DNA of 64,000 nucleotides from Hydrolagus colliei. Taxonomy: Eukaryota. The notes below the pieces were generated by a model that was not told the DNA's origin, ran no database searches, and saw only the letters and a program-made list of their open reading frames with translations. Positions 60,526 through 64,000 of this stretch are shown here, in pieces (position 1 is the first letter of the stretch; each line of letters begins with the position of its first letter). The position numbers and the translations under genes are program-made. The stretch lies in the NCBI GenBank assembly GCA_035084275.1, contig CM068756.1, positions 14,384,001 to 14,448,000 of the forward strand. Direction: 5' to 3'.

Positions 60526-61260
60526 CAACAACAACAACTTTGATTTATATGGCGCCCTCCAAGCTGGATGGCGTCTCAGAGCGCTTCACAATAGCGGATC
60601 CCAGGACTGAGCCAGGGCAGGGGTAGGAAGGTGACCAAACGCACGGTCGAAGTGAAAGGTCTTTAACTGAGACCTGAAACTGGGAAGAGAGGGGGCGAGG
60701 CGAAGATAGTGAGGAAGGGAGTACCAGTGCCTTGGAGCATAGTGGCTGAAGGCCTGGACGCTGAGGGTGGAGTGGAGGATTTGGGGGGACATGGAGGAGG
60801 CCAGACCTGGTGGAGCGAAGGTAGCGGGAGCTGGTTTGGAGAGGCAGGAGATCAGAGAGATTGGGGGCTGCAGAGAAGTGGAGGGACTTGAAAACAAAGG
60901 TGAGGATCTTGAAATTGATCCTCTCAAGGACAGGGAGCCAGTGAAGTCTGGCAAGGCCTGGGGTAATGGGGAGCGACGCTTGGTGAGGGTGACTATGCGG
61001 GTGGCAGAGTTTTGAATTAGCTGGATTTTGTGGATTGTAGTGACCGGGAGACCAGCGAGGAGGGCGTTGCAGTAGTCCAGCTTCAGAGGTGACAAAGGCA
61101 TGGACCAAGGTTTCAGCAGCTTTCGGCGTGAGTATTGCCGAAGACGGGCGATCTGTCGGAGGTGGTAGAAGGCGGTGGTGGTGAGCAACCAGATGTGGGC
61201 GAGGAAGGACAGTTGTGAGACAAACCTGATGCCTAGGTTGCGCACAGGTTCGGAGAGTGT
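60525..61260 (-). mobile_element. L2-type LINE 3' fragment
   Basis: ORFs 60545-61108 and 60586-61245 contain MRNLGIRF, LDYCNALLAGLP and RLHWLPV. Confidence 0.85.
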
Positions 61261-61974
61261 AACGTGTAATGTGCTACATTAAAAGCAAGGTTAATTGTAT
61301 TATTATTTTGGATGGAGAACTGGACTCCGGGATATGTCCCTAAGATATTTTTTTAAAACACTATATTGGTTGCATTTGATGTATGATATTATATTCATAA
61401 TTCTCGGTTTATTGGAGCCAAATTGACCAAACTGATGTGTAATATTTTGATCTGAGTCTACAACGAAGCCTGGGAAATTGCTAACATTCGCTGGGTAAGA
61501 AGCAAATAACGGTTGATAATGTAGACATATTCTGACTCCTAAATGGTATAAATCGTATGGACTCAAATATGTTTAATATAGTATACCAGTCCAAAATGTA
61601 CAGTCTTCGGTTTCTTCCAGTCAGTGCATTTCCACCAGCATAATTCAAACAATATGATCGTTTCTTCTTTCCTTCATCTATAATTAAACAAGCAGTGCCA
61701 TCGTGAATATTACCAACCTTTTGATTCTATGATTAATTGTAAAGATTGCTGCTTCTTCGGCTAACAAATTTATGTATCAATTTGATATGTTTACAATGAA
61801 ACTACAAACTTAGAGTGTTTTAGCTATAATTTTAAACGACAATTAAACATATTCAGGCAACACAATTTATATCTATTTCACATCTTTCACGTTGGAAGGA
61901 CGTCTGAAAGTGCTTGACACCCGAGCTGGAGACGGAAACCCAAATACCAATTAAAACTCAACACAGAGCTGGCT

Positions 61975-62180
61975 GGGAACACTCATCAGGTCGGGCACAT
62001 CTATGGAGAAAGTAAAGTGGGTAACGTTTCTGGTCCATGATCCTTCGTTAGAAGCCTTCGTGATGAAGAGCCATGGACCTTAACAATTTACTCACTTTCC
62101 TTTCTCCGTAAATGCTGCCTGATCTGCTGAGTGTTCCTTACAATCTCTGTAATTGTTTAAGATATCCAGCATCTGCAGTA
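61975..62180. repeat. Imperfect fold-back element (Penelope-like inverted terminal repeat remnant)
   Basis: ggaacactcatcaggtcgggcacatct pairs with atgctgcctgatctgctgagtgttcc. The family assignment is from recall only. Confidence 0.45.
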
Positions 62181-62364
62181 TTTTGCGTTTGATCACCAAT
62201 GACTGCCTAATTTCATGTGTCTCTAGGACGGTATCAATTTATTATTACACTGTTCGTATTTTCAACTTATCTTCAACATTGTCCAGCCTCTTGTGAGCAG
62301 AGTTTATGATCGATGATATGAATATTAAAATGATAACCAAGTAACAGATATGGAAATTATTACA

Positions 62365-63894
62365 CTAAGATATTGTTTCATGTTGTTCCAGACACCTGGA
62401 TATTTGGAGGAGATATCTTTATATCCACTGATTATTAGAGAATCCTCCAATATAACAAATTGTCATGTCCACAATCTAAACAGTCTGGTCCCGGTTAGCA
62501 GCGAACAACATAAATTTGATTCCTGTTGATTGATAATTTTATGGGCTACGATACAAATACAATAATGTGAATCAAATCACAATATTATTTTGAAGCAAAG
62601 AATGCCTCCTTACCTTTCAAGTTGTGAGATTTTAACATGGTCAACAATGAAGATGGTCAACACTATCACTACCAAGAAACAGGATATATACCGTGAAATC
62701 ATCATATTCTCTGACATTCCACGATAACCTAGAAAACAAATATTGGAATGCAAAAGGATTTACATGGAAACTATTCAATAATTAGGCTTTATTGGGAAAA
62801 TGCACACGTTCTTAACTATTTTCTATTGGAAGCTACAATGAGGTGGAGGAATATTATAAACTGTGCATTCAATTGATTGAAAACAGTAGAGAATAGCAGT
62901 GAATACCAATGCACAGGCAGTTTATTAGTGCTGTTTTAGAGATGTGTTTATATATTATGTGGTAATAGTTCCCCTGAGACTGTGTGCTCAACTTCAAATG
63001 TACCAGAGAGAATGACTCTTCAGACCCAAGCTGTGGCCACTATCGTAATCAAAACTGATTCCATTGGACATCTACTATTAAACTGAATTTCTTTAAAACA
63101 TCTCACAAAAGAGTTTTATTTTAATTACGGTGATTTTTGTTCCAAAGGAATAAGTAACAAAAGGTTTGTTCAAAAAATTAATCAGAAAATTCAATGGATT
63201 GATTAACAAATATTATTTGTTTCATTTGTACGTATGTATTAGTCCAAAAGTTTGATTTCTGATTTCAAACCTAAATATAGGTGGGGAGAGGACTATTGCA
63301 GGACTATTGCAGTTTGGCATGTTACTAAATGCCACAAAAGTAATGAACTTATTTGAAGGGAAGATATTTAGAATTTAATGGATAAACAAGAAATACTCAG
63401 ATCTGAGATATTCTTCGATTCAAAGACTCTACATTTATAGTTGCTAGTTTTGTATATATTAAGTCTACAGCGGGAAGATTGGATGCCTACAAATGGTGGC
63501 GTAAATAAATGTAAATATATTTTCTAGTAGCAAGGTGTTAAACAACAAAAGACTGCAAAACAAGTAGGCATCCTACCTTCCAATGCTGTGTACACTTTAG
63601 GAACAGTGTAGACGGCAACCACTGGAGATTGGAGGGGGACGTTAGATGCCAGACAGGTATAAACAACACCGAACTATACAGGTTGTGTGTCTTCCATATA
63701 GCTAGAAACTTCATAAAGTCCATCTGTATTCTTCTCTTCAGTAAAATTTATCCCAGTTATAACTTCACTACCTTTATTCCAAGTGAGCGTTGCACCGTCG
63801 GGGTAAAACGCAGCCGTTTTACACACAAGAATCTGAGATGTTGATGAATCTCTTTCAGAATCTCTGGGGAATATCCGCAGGGGGGTCGGGGGGA
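62365..63894 (-). pseudogene. G6 (3' part): activating-type SIRP-like receptor with Arg in TM and a nonsense codon in C1
   Basis: C1 63577-63894 has an in-frame TAG at 63674-63676. TM exon 62614-62728 reads GYRGMSENMMISRYISCFLVVIVLTIFIVDHVKISQLE. A candidate last exon 62365-62395 gives RCLEQHETIS* (uncertain). V and leader lie beyond the window. Confidence 0.75.
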
Positions 63895-64000
63895 CTGTAG
63901 GACACACATTGGAGTAAAATCGCGTTACTTGTGATTACTTGGAATATAAAACTTTATTCCCATTATTGTTGTTGTCCGAACAAGTTGTCTGGATTGTAAC

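Noticed and set aside
61587-61677. Possible degenerate exon A of G6 (ttatag|ATGAAG...|gtatac)
   Set aside because: Splice-like ends are present but similarity to exon A is marginal, and the frame relative to the G6 TM exon gives an immediate stop.

Overview
Vertebrate genomic DNA, most likely from a cartilaginous fish (inferred from CR1/L2 LINEs, a tRNA-headed Deu-type SINE and gene content). The window holds a tandem minus-strand array of at least seven SIRP-like Ig-superfamily receptor genes or remnants. Each follows the plan leader - VJ-type V exon - one C1-set exon - TM exon - 44-nt cytoplasmic exon - two tyrosine-motif exons (A, B). I resolved exons by hand from GT/AG sites and phase. 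Three genes are intact inhibitory receptors: G2 (11321-19253), G4 (30167-40344) and G5 (47726-55429). Each has a four-tyrosine tail resembling SIRP-alpha (G2: LTYADL...SEYAEV). G1 (930-5426) keeps its ectodomain and TM but has a tyrosine-free stub tail. G6 (62.4 kb to window end) has an Arg-containing activating-type TM and a nonsense codon in C1. Psi-A (8.15-8.46 kb) and G3 (20.3-21.5 kb) are internally deleted pseudogenes. The sequence records module shuffling. G4 joins a G6-like C1 exon to a G5-like inhibitory TM and tail, with the junction scar still visible. Exons A and B look like a duplicated terminal exon whose new splice donor cuts through an ITSM. G1 shows a frame-compensated one-base intron slide, and G2 carries a 236-bp inverted copy of its own C1 splice acceptor. 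The SIRP assignment, ligands and expression are inferences; no searches were run.
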